Position numbers and translations under genes: made by a program
Assembly: GCA_963740315.1 (NCBI GenBank)
Contig: CAVUDP010000002.1
Span: forward strand, 3,648,001 to 3,712,000
Direction: 5' to 3'
Length of the DNA: 64,000 nucleotides
Source of the DNA: an uncultured cyanobacterium
GTDB taxonomy: Bacteria > Cyanobacteriota > Cyanobacteriia > Cyanobacteriales > Nostocaceae
Notes under the pieces: model-generated
Database searches by the model: none
What the model saw: the letters and a program-made list of their open reading frames with translations, nothing else
Told to the model about the DNA's origin: nothing
Shown here: piece after piece, positions 53,940 through 64,000 of the stretch
Numbering within the stretch: the first letter of the stretch is position 1
How the letters are laid out: each line of letters begins with the position of its first letter

Positions 53940-54099
53940 GGACGGCGGTTTTGGTTGCTAATAAAATATATTTGTACTGAAACCGCCTAATTGACTAATC
54001 TTAGACATTAAAGCGTAATACCAAATTTTATGTCCAATTATGTCGATTATTGTCTAATTATACGGATTCAGTTTACAACCCTCAGTTGTGAGTTTCTCT

Positions 54100-54639
54100 A
54101 CAAAGGCGATCGCGCTTCTGTTATGGATTTTCACAGGAACAGAAAACGTGCCAGATCCCCAGTTACCGTCGAGCTTATTGCAACGAGGCGATCGATACAT
54201 CATTCACCATGAGATTTGGAATGCTCACTCACAAGAGCAATCGATATTTCGCTGGATTATCTGCATCTTTTGTTCACCGGAATTCATTTGGTGGCGAGCT
54301 AAATGACGCAGCACACAAAGATGCGATCGCCCAAAAAAAACTGGACTGTTGCATCTCTCGCAGAACAAGTGCCGATGTCGCGATCGGCATTTGCAGCCCG
54401 ATTCACTCAACTGGTTGGACAACCGCCCATGCAATATCTCACAAAAAAGGCGTATGCTCAAAGCAACAGAACTATTACGCGAAAGTCAGTTAGGACTAAA
54501 AAATGTAGCTACTTTAATCGGATACGAGTCAGAAGTATCTTTCAGTAGAGCATTTAAGCGATGGGCTGGCGTTACTCCTAGTTTCTATCGTCAGGATTGC
54601 TCTGCATCCAAACTATCAACATCTTCTTCTGCTGAATAA
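54100..54639 (+). pseudogene. AraC-family transcriptional regulator remnant
   Basis: WTVASLAEQVPMSRSAFAARFTQLVGQPPMQYL and RRMLKATELL...IGYESEVSFSRAFKRWAGVTP are split across frames; the 5' part is degraded. Confidence 0.85.
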
Positions 54640-54764
54640 TCTTCTTATTAATCCTTGTTTGACAACAATTAAGTTCACGAATTGTCACCTCTACAGATTA
54701 AAACCCTATAATTATAAAGTTCGATTGGAAAGTAATCTTGAGTAAAACTAATGCATCCAAAATA

Positions 54765-54803
54765 GAGAGCGTTGCAATTCTCCACTAGAATCACAACGCT
54801 CTC
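54765..54803. terminator. Stem-loop downstream of the XRE regulator
   Basis: gagagcgttg...caacgctctc inverted repeat. Confidence 0.55.
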
Positions 54804-54837
54804 CGATAATTGGTTCTCAAAGCCCTAACTATAAGAT

Positions 54838-55173
54838 TTAACGATTAAAAGAAATTGAATCTTCTACAGAACTAATTTTAGTCACGCTTGCACCATCGCT
54901 TGTTCCAGAAACTGCCGGAAGCTGTTCGGGAAATCTTCTAGGTCTTCCTGGTTTACGCTTGTGCCTTTGATTAATTGATTTTTCGCTTGCTTCCGCCAAC
55001 TCTTCTGGCGTGCATTTAAATAGGCGCAAGGCATCCCAGTATTTTTTCGGTGTCATAGTTGGTTCTGTTCGCCCTGCTTCCCAGTTGCGAACGCTAGTTT
55101 CACTGATTGCAAGCCTGAAGGCAACTTCTGCGCGGCTGAGTCCAGCACGTTCTCTCAGGACTTGCATATCCAT
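54838..55173 (-). CDS. XRE-family HTH regulator
   Basis: LRERAGLSRAEVA..SVRNWEAGRTEP; basic KPGRPRR motif. Confidence 0.88.
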   Translation of the reverse strand: MDMQVLRERAGLSRAEVAFRLAISETSVRNWEAGRTEPTMTPKKYWDALRLFKCTPEELAEASEKSINQRHKRKPGRPRRFPEQLPAVSGTSDGASVTKISSVEDSISFNR

Positions 55174-55562
55174 ATCTCAATGCTCCCTTTTCAAAAATCA
55201 TTAATTAGGTTTATTAAATCAATTGACATTAACAATGCCAACTGAAAATTATTTGTTAACTATATTATTTTATAAGATATTGTATCCCCGCATGACAATC
55301 TAACCATACTGCAATCTTGTTGAATCTTCTGCAAACTTTTTTTTATATTTAATATCTATAAATAGGTAGATGTTTAAAATGCATTTATAATTTTTCTGCT
55401 AATTTTTTCAGCTTGTACTTATCAATTTTTCAATTCTAATAATTATTAAATATATAAATAGTCGTAAATACTAAATAAATACCAGATTATTAAATTAATA
55501 ATTCTTGATAACTCGACGCAAAATTTTACGTCGAGAAATCTTTCATTTTGCTTAGGAAGGAC

Positions 55563-56543
55563 TTATCCCAACCATCGAGCTGCATCTTTAGCGTGGTAGG
55601 TTAAAATCAAATCGGCACCGGCACGCTTAAAGCTGGTTAAAGTTTCCAGTACAACTCGCTCTTCGTCAATCCAACCATTGAGGGCTGCGGCTTTAATCAT
55701 AGAATACTCGCCGGAAACGTTGTAAGCCGCAACTGGCAGATTACAAGCCCCTTTGACGCGCCAAATTATATCCATATACGACAAAGCAGGTTTGACCATT
55801 AGCATATCAGCCCCTTCAGCAATATCTAATTCGATTTCTTTGATGGCTTCGCGGGAGTTGCTAGGGTCCATCTGATAAGTTCTGCGATCGCCAAATTGCG
55901 GAGATGAATCGGCTGCATCGCGGAATGGTCCGTAGTACGCAGAAGCATATTTGGCAGCGTAAGACATAATCGGCGTATCTTGAAAACCAGCTTCATCTAA
56001 GCCCGTGCGAATGGCTTGCACAAAACCGTCCATCATTCCGGAAGGGGCAATGATATCAGCACCGGCTTTAGCTTGGGATACCGCTGTTTTTTTGAGCAAT
56101 TCTAAAGTCGGATCGTTCAAAACTCTCCCGCTCAAATCGCCTACTTCTAAATAACCGCAGTGACCGTGACTGGTATACTCGCATAAGCAAGTGTCAGCAA
56201 TTACAATTAAATCCGGTACTGCTTCTTTGATAGCGGTAGAAGCTTTTTGAACGATACCGCAATCGTGCCAAGCACCCGTGGCTTCGACATCTTTATCTTC
56301 GGGAATACCAAACAAAATAACACCCGGAATTCCTAATTCGTAAACTTCCTTTGCTTCTTCGACAATTTTGTCAACAGAAAGCTGAAAAACTCCCGGCATC
56401 GATTTTACTTCATTAGCTATACCAACACCGGGTACGGCAAACAAAGGATAAATTAAATCGCTCGCAGTCAATACGGTTTCGCGTACCATCCGACGCAATT
56501 GAGGATGGGTACGCAAACGACGGGGACGATGGGTAGGAAACAT
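55563..56543 (-). CDS. hemB: Porphobilinogen synthase
   Basis: [37 protein letters not shown]. Confidence 0.98.
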   Translation of the reverse strand: MFPTHRPRRLRTHPQLRRMVRETVLTASDLIYPLFAVPGVGIANEVKSMPGVFQLSVDKIVEEAKEVYELGIPGVILFGIPEDKDVEATGAWHDCGIVQKASTAIKEAVPDLIVIADTCLCEYTSHGHCGYLEVGDLSGRVLNDPTLELLKKTAVSQAKAGADIIAPSGMMDGFVQAIRTGLDEAGFQDTPIMSYAAKYASAYYGPFRDAADSSPQFGDRRTYQMDPSNSREAIKEIELDIAEGADMLMVKPALSYMDIIWRVKGACNLPVAAYNVSGEYSMIKAAALNGWIDEERVVLETLTSFKRAGADLILTYHAKDAARWLG

Positions 56544-56799
56544 AATTTTTATAAACAGTAAAGAAAGCTTTCACGGACAAAATTTAAAGCGTCACAATTA
56601 GCGGGTAAAATTTTACTTCAAAAGGACAAACTACAACCAGCGCTTAACTGTCCTATGCCCTACTGTCTGCGAAGATGTGGGGCAATTTTGTATTTTACCG
56701 TTAACTGTATATATATCCTAATTAAAGGTTAAAAATCTATCGTCAAAATATATTCAATCAATCAATTTTGGCTAGGGTTTATAACTATTTGGTCAATAG

Positions 56800-56817
56800 A
56801 TTGTAACAATTTGTAAT
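56800..56817 (-). promoter_or_regulatory. HLR1-like (RpaB) direct repeat upstream of hemB
   Basis: - strand ATTACAAA-TT-GTTACAAT. Confidence 0.4.
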
Positions 56818-57189
56818 GCTGCGATTAAAAGTAATTTTCCTCCAAAAATAGTTTGGACTTAAGCAAAAAAATCATGTAGCGGTAATTCGCATAGCGCGAG
56901 CTTTGAGCGCCAATATTAACAGTCGTGACAGGGTTCTAACAAGGATTTTGTTACTTGTAATCTGCTGTTTTTTATGCATCAGAAAGCATTCTTGTGAGTG
57001 TTCTGAAGAGGGTTTTTGGTTCAAAGAACGCGCTATGCGATAAATACTAGAATGCAAGTAGTGCAAAACTACATAGAGCCAGATGTGATGAAGTGTGAGG
57101 TATGCAAGTGAAAAGCTTGTGTCGTAATCTTGGCAGCTACTTGCTTTTGCTAGGTTTAAGTATGTCCCTTTTGTACTAGATAACTTTGT

Positions 57190-57531
57190 CTAGACAATTC
57201 TAAATATAAAGGGATAGCGAAAAGGTTTATCCGAATCTCCTAAAACATGGGAAAGCGCCCAAATAGTGAATCCCCAATGGACGAGAACCCATATACCTAG
57301 TAGAAATCCTAGCAAACCGAAAGTAACCGCGACCACTACTCCAATAATTATTCCAACGAGCCAAACATTTAAATGGAAATTGATCGCTTCTTTGGCATTT
57401 CCCTTCACAACTGGATCTTGAGTTGTAAAAAGTATCACAATGGGAATGGCAATTGATATCACTGTAGAGCTAAAGAAAATCGCTCCATGAGACAGTGCCG
57501 ATAAAAGCTTTCTACTGTCGGTGTCGTACAT
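57190..57531 (-). CDS. DUF4870 membrane protein
   Basis: LSALSH, NAKEAINF, FRYPFIFR. Confidence 0.88.
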   Translation of the reverse strand: MYDTDSRKLLSALSHGAIFFSSTVISIAIPIVILFTTQDPVVKGNAKEAINFHLNVWLVGIIIGVVVAVTFGLLGFLLGIWVLVHWGFTIWALSHVLGDSDKPFRYPFIFRIV

Positions 57532-57665
57532 TTTTCCTCCCCTGACATTGAGCTTTTGGATTATATAACGAACCTATAACCTTAATAGTTGTCTTAAGAT
57601 TAAAAGACTCGCGCAAAATTTGAAAAAGCTAAGTTTTAGTTAGAATACAATCAAACAAATACCTT

Positions 57666-59282
57666 ATGTCAACTGAACTTGAGAAAGAAATTTACGAAGA
57701 AGTTGAACGCCGTCGCAATTTTGCCATCATTTCTCACCCGGATGCTGGTAAGACTACTCTGACTGAAAAGTTACTACTGTACGGAGGTGCGATACATGAA
57801 GCCGGTTCCGTAAAAGCTAGACGAGCGCAGCGTAAGGCGACTTCTGACTGGATGGCAATGGAGCAGCAAAGGGGTATTTCTATTACCTCAACGGTATTGC
57901 AGTTCGAGTACAAAAAATGTCAAATAAATTTATTAGATACTCCCGGACACCAAGACTTTAGTGAAGATACATATCGAACTCTGAGCGCTGCCGATAATGC
58001 AGTAATGTTGATTGACGTAGCAAAAGGTTTGGAACCCCAGACGCGAAAATTATTTGAAGTATGTAAAATGCGGGGTATTCCAATTTTTACTTTCATAAAT
58101 AAACTCGATCGCCCCGGAAGAGAACCGCTAGAACTTTTAGACGAAATTGAGCAAGAATTAAATTTACAAACTTATGCGGTAAACTGGCCTATCGGTATGG
58201 GCGATCGCTTTAAAGGCGTATTTGACCGTCAAGAGCAAAAAATCCATTTATTTGAAAGAAGTGCCCACGGAAGCAAAGAAGCAGCAAATACAATAGTTGA
58301 TTTGGGCGATGCCAAAATAGAAGAACTTTTGGAACAGGATCTTTATCATCAACTTAAAGATGATTTGGAACTGTTGGATGGAGTCGGACCGGAATTAGAT
58401 ATGGAGTTGATACATCAAGGAAAAATGACTCCGGTGTTTTTCGGTTCGGCGATGACTAATTTTGGTGTAGAGTTATTCCTGAAGAATTTTCTCCAATACG
58501 CTCTTAAGCCCGGTTCTCACTCCAGCAGTTTAGGTGAAGTTCCCCCCACTTACCCAGATTTTTCCGGTTTTGTATTCAAGCTGCAAGCGAATATGGACCC
58601 CAAACATCGCGATCGCGTTGCTTTTATCCGCGTATGTACGGGTCGATTTGAAAAAGATATGACAGTCAATCACGCCCGTACTGGTAAAAACGTGCGTTTA
58701 TCTCGTCCGCAAAAACTATTTGCCCAAGAACGTGAATCTATTGATGAAGCTTATCCGGGAGATATTATTGGTTTAAATAATCCCGGTGTTTTTGCAATTG
58801 GCGATACAATTTACACTGGTAAAAAATTAGAATATGAGGGTATTCCCTATTTTTCACCGGAGTTGTTTGCAATTTTAAGAAATCCTAATCCTTCAAAATT
58901 TAAGCAATTTCAGAAAGGTGTAACGGAATTGCGCGAAGAAGGAGCGGTGCAAATTATGTACTCGGTGGATGAATCCAAACGCGATCCAGTTTTGGCAGCA
59001 GTCGGTCAGTTACAGTTGGAAGTTGTACAGTACCGTTTGGAAAACGAGTATGGTGTAGAAACTCGTTTAGAATACTTGCCTTACAGCGTTGCCCGTTGGG
59101 TGGAAGGCGGTTGGGAAGCCTTGGAAAAAGTGGGACGTTTGTTCAACACTACCACCATGAAAGATAGTATGGGACGACCTGTATTATTATTTCGCAATGA
59201 ATGGAATACCAATCAATTAAAGCAAGATCATCCGGAATTAAAATTAAATGCTATAGCTCCCGTGTCCGGACAATCAACGTAA
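57666..59282 (+). CDS. prfC: Peptide chain release factor 3
   Basis: [46 protein letters not shown]. Confidence 0.98.
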   Translation: MSTELEKEIYEEVERRRNFAIISHPDAGKTTLTEKLLLYGGAIHEAGSVKARRAQRKATSDWMAMEQQRGISITSTVLQFEYKKCQINLLDTPGHQDFSEDTYRTLSAADNAVMLIDVAKGLEPQTRKLFEVCKMRGIPIFTFINKLDRPGREPLELLDEIEQELNLQTYAVNWPIGMGDRFKGVFDRQEQKIHLFERSAHGSKEAANTIVDLGDAKIEELLEQDLYHQLKDDLELLDGVGPELDMELIHQGKMTPVFFGSAMTNFGVELFLKNFLQYALKPGSHSSSLGEVPPTYPDFSGFVFKLQANMDPKHRDRVAFIRVCTGRFEKDMTVNHARTGKNVRLSRPQKLFAQERESIDEAYPGDIIGLNNPGVFAIGDTIYTGKKLEYEGIPYFSPELFAILRNPNPSKFKQFQKGVTELREEGAVQIMYSVDESKRDPVLAAVGQLQLEVVQYRLENEYGVETRLEYLPYSVARWVEGGWEALEKVGRLFNTTTMKDSMGRPVLLFRNEWNTNQLKQDHPELKLNAIAPVSGQST

Positions 59283-59414
59283 TGGCGCTTCCCGTTATGC
59301 GATCGCTATAGACGGGCTACACAGCCCGTTTGTCAATAGTAGTCTTCATACTTCATAAAAAAGTATAATCCAAAATTTAAAATCCAAAATCGCTCGTGTA
59401 ACTATTTTTAAAAT

Positions 59415-61688
59415 ATGCTTTTGCAGAGAATCTCTATGTCTTCACATTCCAAATCATCTTTAGAGGCTGGCTTAGCTGCCCTTAAGCAAGAAGATTACCG
59501 TACAGCAAAAATCATCTTAGAAGACGTTGCATCTAGGGATAATGATATAAATAAAAGTTTACAAGCCCAAGTAGGATTAGTAATCGCTTATTCTAAAAGT
59601 GGCGAAATTGAAATGGCGATCGCGGTGTGTGAATCTCTGACTCAAAGCGATCGTTCTCAAGTTCAACAGTGGGCATCCAAATCTTTAAAACAATTAAGAA
59701 AAAAGAAGAGCGCCCATAACACAGAACCAAAATCAACTGGATTTGTTGCTTTTGAATCGAACGAAGAGGAAGTGGAGGAAAGAAGAGAGGAATTAATTTC
59801 TTTATCTACTCCACCACCTCCACCTCCATCATTTTTAACAACAGAAGCGAAGGAAACTCCCGCACAAACGCAAACAAAATCTCGCGGCGGTGAAATAGTA
59901 AAAGCTTCTCAAGTAGAAAACAACCGATACAATATTCACTCGAATATTCATTGGCGCTTGGGAACAAGGGCGAAAGTATGGCAACCTCTACCAAAACCGA
60001 ATATCAAGTCTATTCGCTTGCAATTGCTGGGAATTGGAACTTTCATTGCTTTGTTTTGGCTGGTGCAGTTGCAATTAAAGCTAGTCACGAAGTTAATCAA
60101 CGATATTTTAGTTGCGCTACCATTTTTAAAACCCATACAGTTTTTATACAATTTATATAACAATCCCACCTCATTGCTGCTGGGTGTATTTGTAATATTG
60201 CTGGCTGTTTCGCCCTGGTTGCTTGACTGGCTGCTATGTAATTTTTACGAAAAAAAAACTTTATCAAAAGACACTTTAAACACATATTCTCGCGAATCCT
60301 TGCGAGTATTGCAACGCTATTGCCAACCGCGAGGCTGGCAGTTACCAAAATTAGGAATTTTACCTATAGCATCACCAATAGCATTTACTTACGGTCATTT
60401 ACCCCGCACCGCTCGAATTGTAGTTAGTCAGGGACTTTTAGAACAGTTAGCTCCAGATGAAATCGCCACCATTATTGCTTCTCAATTGGGGCAAATTGCT
60501 CGTATAGATTGTGCAGTCATGTCTTTAATGCTATCGGTAACAATTCCGGTTTATAAACTATATCAACTGATTTGCCAACAAGCCGATAAAATATCCAACC
60601 GAATCGCACGCACGGTTGTAGGAATTATCGGTAATAGCGTTTATGGAATTTGGTGTTTGCTTACGGGAACTGGTTTATGGTTGTCCCGAAGAAGAATTTA
60701 CTCTCTCGATCGAATTGGCGCGGAAGTCACCGGAAACCCCAACGCATTAATTCGCGCTTTGCTCAAAATTGCCATTGGTACTGCCTCCGATATCGGCAAA
60801 AAACAGCAAACACCTTGGCAGTTGGAAAGTTTAAACCTATTAATACCAGTTGGTTACAAGCAAAGTTTATGGTTGGGTAGCATTGCTCCAAACACCACCT
60901 TTGAATCATTGTTGATGTGGGATTATCTCAATCCTTACCGTCAATGGTTTGTAATTAACAACAGCCATCCCTTGATGGGAGAACGCTTGCTTCAATTGTG
61001 CAAAATCGCTCGTTACTGGCACGTTGAGCCTGAAGTATATCTAGAAAGTCAGCAGTCTTTAAAGTTAAAGCGGCAGTCATTTTTGTTGCAAATTGCTCCT
61101 TTTTTAGGCATTTCGATCGGTACAGCATTTGCCTTATTTTTCTGGCTGGCTTGGATTGCAGTATTTGGGCTGCATTTAATCAACCTCAAGTGGATATACG
61201 ACGATTGGCAATTCGTTACAGGTTTTATGCTTATCGGTTTTAGCATCGGTAATTTAATCAGAACTAATTCCCTTTTTGCTAATATCAAAACCACCCAAAT
61301 CGTACAAGCCTCGGAGTCATTACCAGAGTTGTTAACAAATCCAGCTGCTTTACCTATAGACAGTACCGCCGTGGAACTTTCAGGAAAATTATTAGGTCAT
61401 CGCGGTAGCAGCAACTATTTAGGACAAGATTTAATTCTCGAAGTTGGAAATAGTTTGGTGAAATTACATCATGTTTCTTGGTTGGGACAATCTGTTAATG
61501 CTCAAGACTTTATCGGCAGAAAAGTTTCCGTCACTGGCTGGTTGCGACGAGGTGCAACACCTTGGTTGGACATTCAAACTTTAAAAACCCAAAGTGGCAA
61601 AATGGTCAACAGTCCTCATCCTATTTGGTCTACCATTTTGACAGTAGCTGCTTTTGCTTGGGGTGTTTACATTGTTTTAACTGGCTAA
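59415..61688 (+). CDS. TPR plus M48/HtpX-like membrane protein (zinc motif degenerate)
   Basis: N-terminal TPR-like helices; PIAFTYG..ARIVVSQGLL..DEI, NPNALIRALLKI, SHPLMGERL. Confidence 0.85.
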   Translation: MLLQRISMSSHSKSSLEAGLAALKQEDYRTAKIILEDVASRDNDINKSLQAQVGLVIAYSKSGEIEMAIAVCESLTQSDRSQVQQWASKSLKQLRKKKSAHNTEPKSTGFVAFESNEEEVEERREELISLSTPPPPPPSFLTTEAKETPAQTQTKSRGGEIVKASQVENNRYNIHSNIHWRLGTRAKVWQPLPKPNIKSIRLQLLGIGTFIALFWLVQLQLKLVTKLINDILVALPFLKPIQFLYNLYNNPTSLLLGVFVILLAVSPWLLDWLLCNFYEKKTLSKDTLNTYSRESLRVLQRYCQPRGWQLPKLGILPIASPIAFTYGHLPRTARIVVSQGLLEQLAPDEIATIIASQLGQIARIDCAVMSLMLSVTIPVYKLYQLICQQADKISNRIARTVVGIIGNSVYGIWCLLTGTGLWLSRRRIYSLDRIGAEVTGNPNALIRALLKIAIGTASDIGKKQQTPWQLESLNLLIPVGYKQSLWLGSIAPNTTFESLLMWDYLNPYRQWFVINNSHPLMGERLLQLCKIARYWHVEPEVYLESQQSLKLKRQSFLLQIAPFLGISIGTAFALFFWLAWIAVFGLHLINLKWIYDDWQFVTGFMLIGFSIGNLIRTNSLFANIKTTQIVQASESLPELLTNPAALPIDSTAVELSGKLLGHRGSSNYLGQDLILEVGNSLVKLHHVSWLGQSVNAQDFIGRKVSVTGWLRRGATPWLDIQTLKTQSGKMVNSPHPIWSTILTVAAFAWGVYIVLTG

Positions 61689-61767
61689 GAATGCGATCGG
61701 CGATTATCATATTTTTTCGATTATTTAACTCCTTCACACTATCTTCAAACAATTTTGTAAACAAAAG

Positions 61768-61806
61768 TTGCGAAATCTCAAACAAAGTGTTACATTTATT
61801 AACAAT
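61768..61806 (+). promoter_or_regulatory. Sigma70-type promoter overlapped by an HLR1 (RpaB) motif
   Basis: TTGCGA-N17-TACATT with an extended TG; GTTACATT-TA-TTAACAAT direct repeat. Confidence 0.55.
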
Positions 61807-61908
61807 AATCGATGCAACCCAAATGACGATGATTAAATTTTAGTTGATGTATAAGGCTGCTAGCGTTATTGCATCCCCTTTCTAGTCTTTTCAACACAGC
61901 AGTAAATC

Positions 61909-61931
61909 AACCAGCCGCTGGCTGGTTTTTG
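61909..61931 (+). terminator. Intrinsic terminator
   Basis: AACCAGCC-GCT-GGCTGGTT followed by TTT. Confidence 0.7.
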
Positions 61932-62337
61932 TTTCCAAAAGGGGTCAGCTTCATCAAAACAATGTATTTTATGCTACTATGCATTAAAAGTTGGGTTAGA
62001 AATGTGTGTGTTGAACTAGCTGTGCTTAAAATACCGTGATATTGTAGGAAATGGTGTTTAAATCTTCATAACATTCATAGCATTGAATAAGTTTTGTTTT
62101 GCTAGAAATATAATGCAGAATTTAGAATTTTTGGAATTAAGGTGTTTGTGCTATTGAGCGCAAGCTTTTGCATAAAAAAATTAGCTTGGGGAAAAAACTG
62201 TATTGTAAAGATTGACAGTTTAGAGTAAAAAGATGATTTACGACGATGTTAGTCAATAACATATGTCTGTCATCTATAAAACCAAGTTTTTGTTTTAAAC
62301 CCGCTCCTAATCATCTAACTATATTGGAGGTTCTTTC

Positions 62338-62832
62338 ATGTCCATTCGCCTATACATAGGCAATTTGCCCAAAGAAGAAATAGATAAAACTGAATTGCAA
62401 GCAGTTTTTGCTGAAGAAGGTAGCAGTATTACTACTAAGTTAATCAAAGACCGTAAGACTGGCAAATGTCGCGGCTTCGGTTTTATGACTGTAAACAACG
62501 ACGAACAAGCCGACCAAATTATTGAAAAATATAACGGTCTAATGTTCAAAGAATCTCCGATTAAATTGGAGAAAGCATTACCTCGCAGCAAGAGTAGTGA
62601 AGAAGGAGAAGAGCAGCAGCAAGCTCCTAAAGCATCGACACCAACTCCTGCTGGTACTGCTCCTAGTAATGCTGGAACTGGAAAGAATAAGAAGAAAGCT
62701 CGTCGCGGTGGTGCCCAAAAAGACACCAGTACCACGAGTACTTCTTCGCAAGATGGGGTTAATCCAGATCCTCGCTGGGCTGCGGAGTTAGAAAAGCTAA
62801 AGCAAATGCTTGCCGCGCAGACTACCAACTAA
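62338..62832 (+). CDS. RRM RNA-binding protein (long RbpG/Rbp3-like class)
   Basis: RNP2 LYIGNL, RNP1 RGFGFMTV, C-terminal PDPRWA. Confidence 0.92.
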   Translation: MSIRLYIGNLPKEEIDKTELQAVFAEEGSSITTKLIKDRKTGKCRGFGFMTVNNDEQADQIIEKYNGLMFKESPIKLEKALPRSKSSEEGEEQQQAPKASTPTPAGTAPSNAGTGKNKKKARRGGAQKDTSTTSTSSQDGVNPDPRWAAELEKLKQMLAAQTTN

Positions 62833-62976
62833 TTCACCAGGAGAGAATATTAAAAATCAAAAGTCAAAGCAAATGATTTTTAATTTTTAATGGATTCGTA
62901 TTTCCTTTAGCCTGATGGAGGAATGCTGGGAAAACTTGTCAGTTCAATTTCTCCCTACCATAAATGGACGGGGAAC

Positions 62977-63030
62977 AAGAGCCTTTGCTAGATGGCGCGA
63001 TCGATCCACGCCACTAAGCAAAGGCTTTTT
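62977..63030 (+). terminator. Long stem-loop downstream of the RRM gene
   Basis: aagagcctttgct..tggcg...cgcca..agcaaaggctttt. Confidence 0.6.
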
Positions 63031-63083
63031 GGTTTTGGTGTTTCAGATGTGAAATCTGGTTGGTAGTGAAAGTCAAAACAATA

Positions 63084-63339
63084 TTGACTGCGAAAAATTC
63101 CCGTGACTTCCGATTTCCACCGCCCTATAAATAGACGCGGCTATCATCTTCATAGAATATCAGGTGTCGGATTCCTGCTGTTGAAATTGCCAGGGAGATT
63201 ATTCCTAAATCAACACTTAGGTATGGATGTTTTGACGACTCGAACAGGTGGGATAAATCCCGCATAGTGGCTTTAGTCTAACGACTCACTTCGTGAACAT
63301 CCCCGACATAAATGCATAGGGCTTTCATCCTACTTTTTT
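63084..63339 (-). mobile_element. Miniature non-autonomous IS605/TnpB-type element (no ORF)
   Basis: On the - strand: TTGAT, then AAAAAAGTAGGATGAAAGCCCTATGCATTTATGTCGGGGATG (left-end-like hairpin), a structured interior, and a terminal GTCAA. Confidence 0.55.
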
Positions 63340-64000
63340 ATCAAAATATCTATTGAATTATAAATAGGTAATAAAAATCATCCTAAAGGTAGATACCTAA
63401 ATATTATTACTTAGTTGAGCATTGGCGTTCATAGAGCATGAACCATTGCTAAATCATATAATATACATATTTTTCTCAACTATTTAATGTTTTTCTTAAT
63501 ACATAACTCTTGCGTAAGCTATTTTCTGTAAGTACTTACTAAAAAGTAGTTAAAGGTACAACTTTCTTTGAGTATTTTGCTATGTATACTAAAATACATA
63601 CTGCTAACGAACCCATTCACGATCTTGTATCTATAAAACGAGCGTTGATTTACTTTTTTCAATTTAATTATGCAAGTATTTATGCTTACTTAATAGTTGT
63701 AAATAGGAGAAATTAAATACCATCTTCATAATTTAATTAAATAAGTCCGTGTTTAAAATGATACTTTACTTAAAAGATTTAGTAAGAATTTGGACTTAAA
63801 ATATGACGTATTACAAGCAATAAGGGATAAAAATATAGCCTTCATAGAATTAGAACAATCAATAATATTACTGAAACTGCATGAGTAAAAGTAATAGCAG
63901 AGATGTAAAAAAAATCGCATATTAAATTAAAATAAAAGTTACATAAACATTTACAACGATTTTGGTCTTAAGGGTTGACGCGAATCTACGCAGTTACTCT

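Noticed and set aside
56874..57074. 6S RNA or Cas12k tracrRNA identity for the structured element
   Set aside because: The size is similar, but the sequence does not match those RNAs as I recall them, and no cas12k/tns genes are nearby.
62319..62828. 169-aa - strand ORF and similar antisense ORFs in the track
   Set aside because: Antisense to well-supported genes, with no recognisable motifs.

Overview
AT-rich chromosomal window from a heterocyst-forming cyanobacterium (Nostocales). Evidence: abundant HIP1 GCGATCGC, heptamer STRR repeats, hetZ-patU, amiC1-amiC2-murI and psaF-psaJ-psaL next to gmk. The backbone from about 10 to 50 kb is housekeeping and developmental: ribD, mreBCD, ssb, amiC1/2, murI, sds, hetZ, patU, remA, gmk, psaFJL, tsaD, tRNA-Pro, tic22, prmC, tsaC, a hepN-like kinase, secDF and pdhB. 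hemB, prfC and an RRM protein follow. Accessory content: (i) a defence island at 1.2-7.4 kb with two convergent type II R-M systems, a SmaI-like REase paired with a C5 MTase and an FspI-like C-R-M cassette flanked by a ~50-bp direct repeat from a Uma2 gene end; (ii) a GC-richer ECF sigma/RskA anti-sigma/fasciclin island followed by an IS607-type tnpB element and an AraC pseudogene; (iii) two protein-less OMEGA-type RNA elements, an IscB-type omegaRNA (HEARO-like) directly upstream of the hepN-like gene and an IS605/TnpB-type miniature element near the right end; (iv) several unannotated intergenic structured-RNA or sRNA candidates. Family assignments come from motif reading and recall, not database searches.
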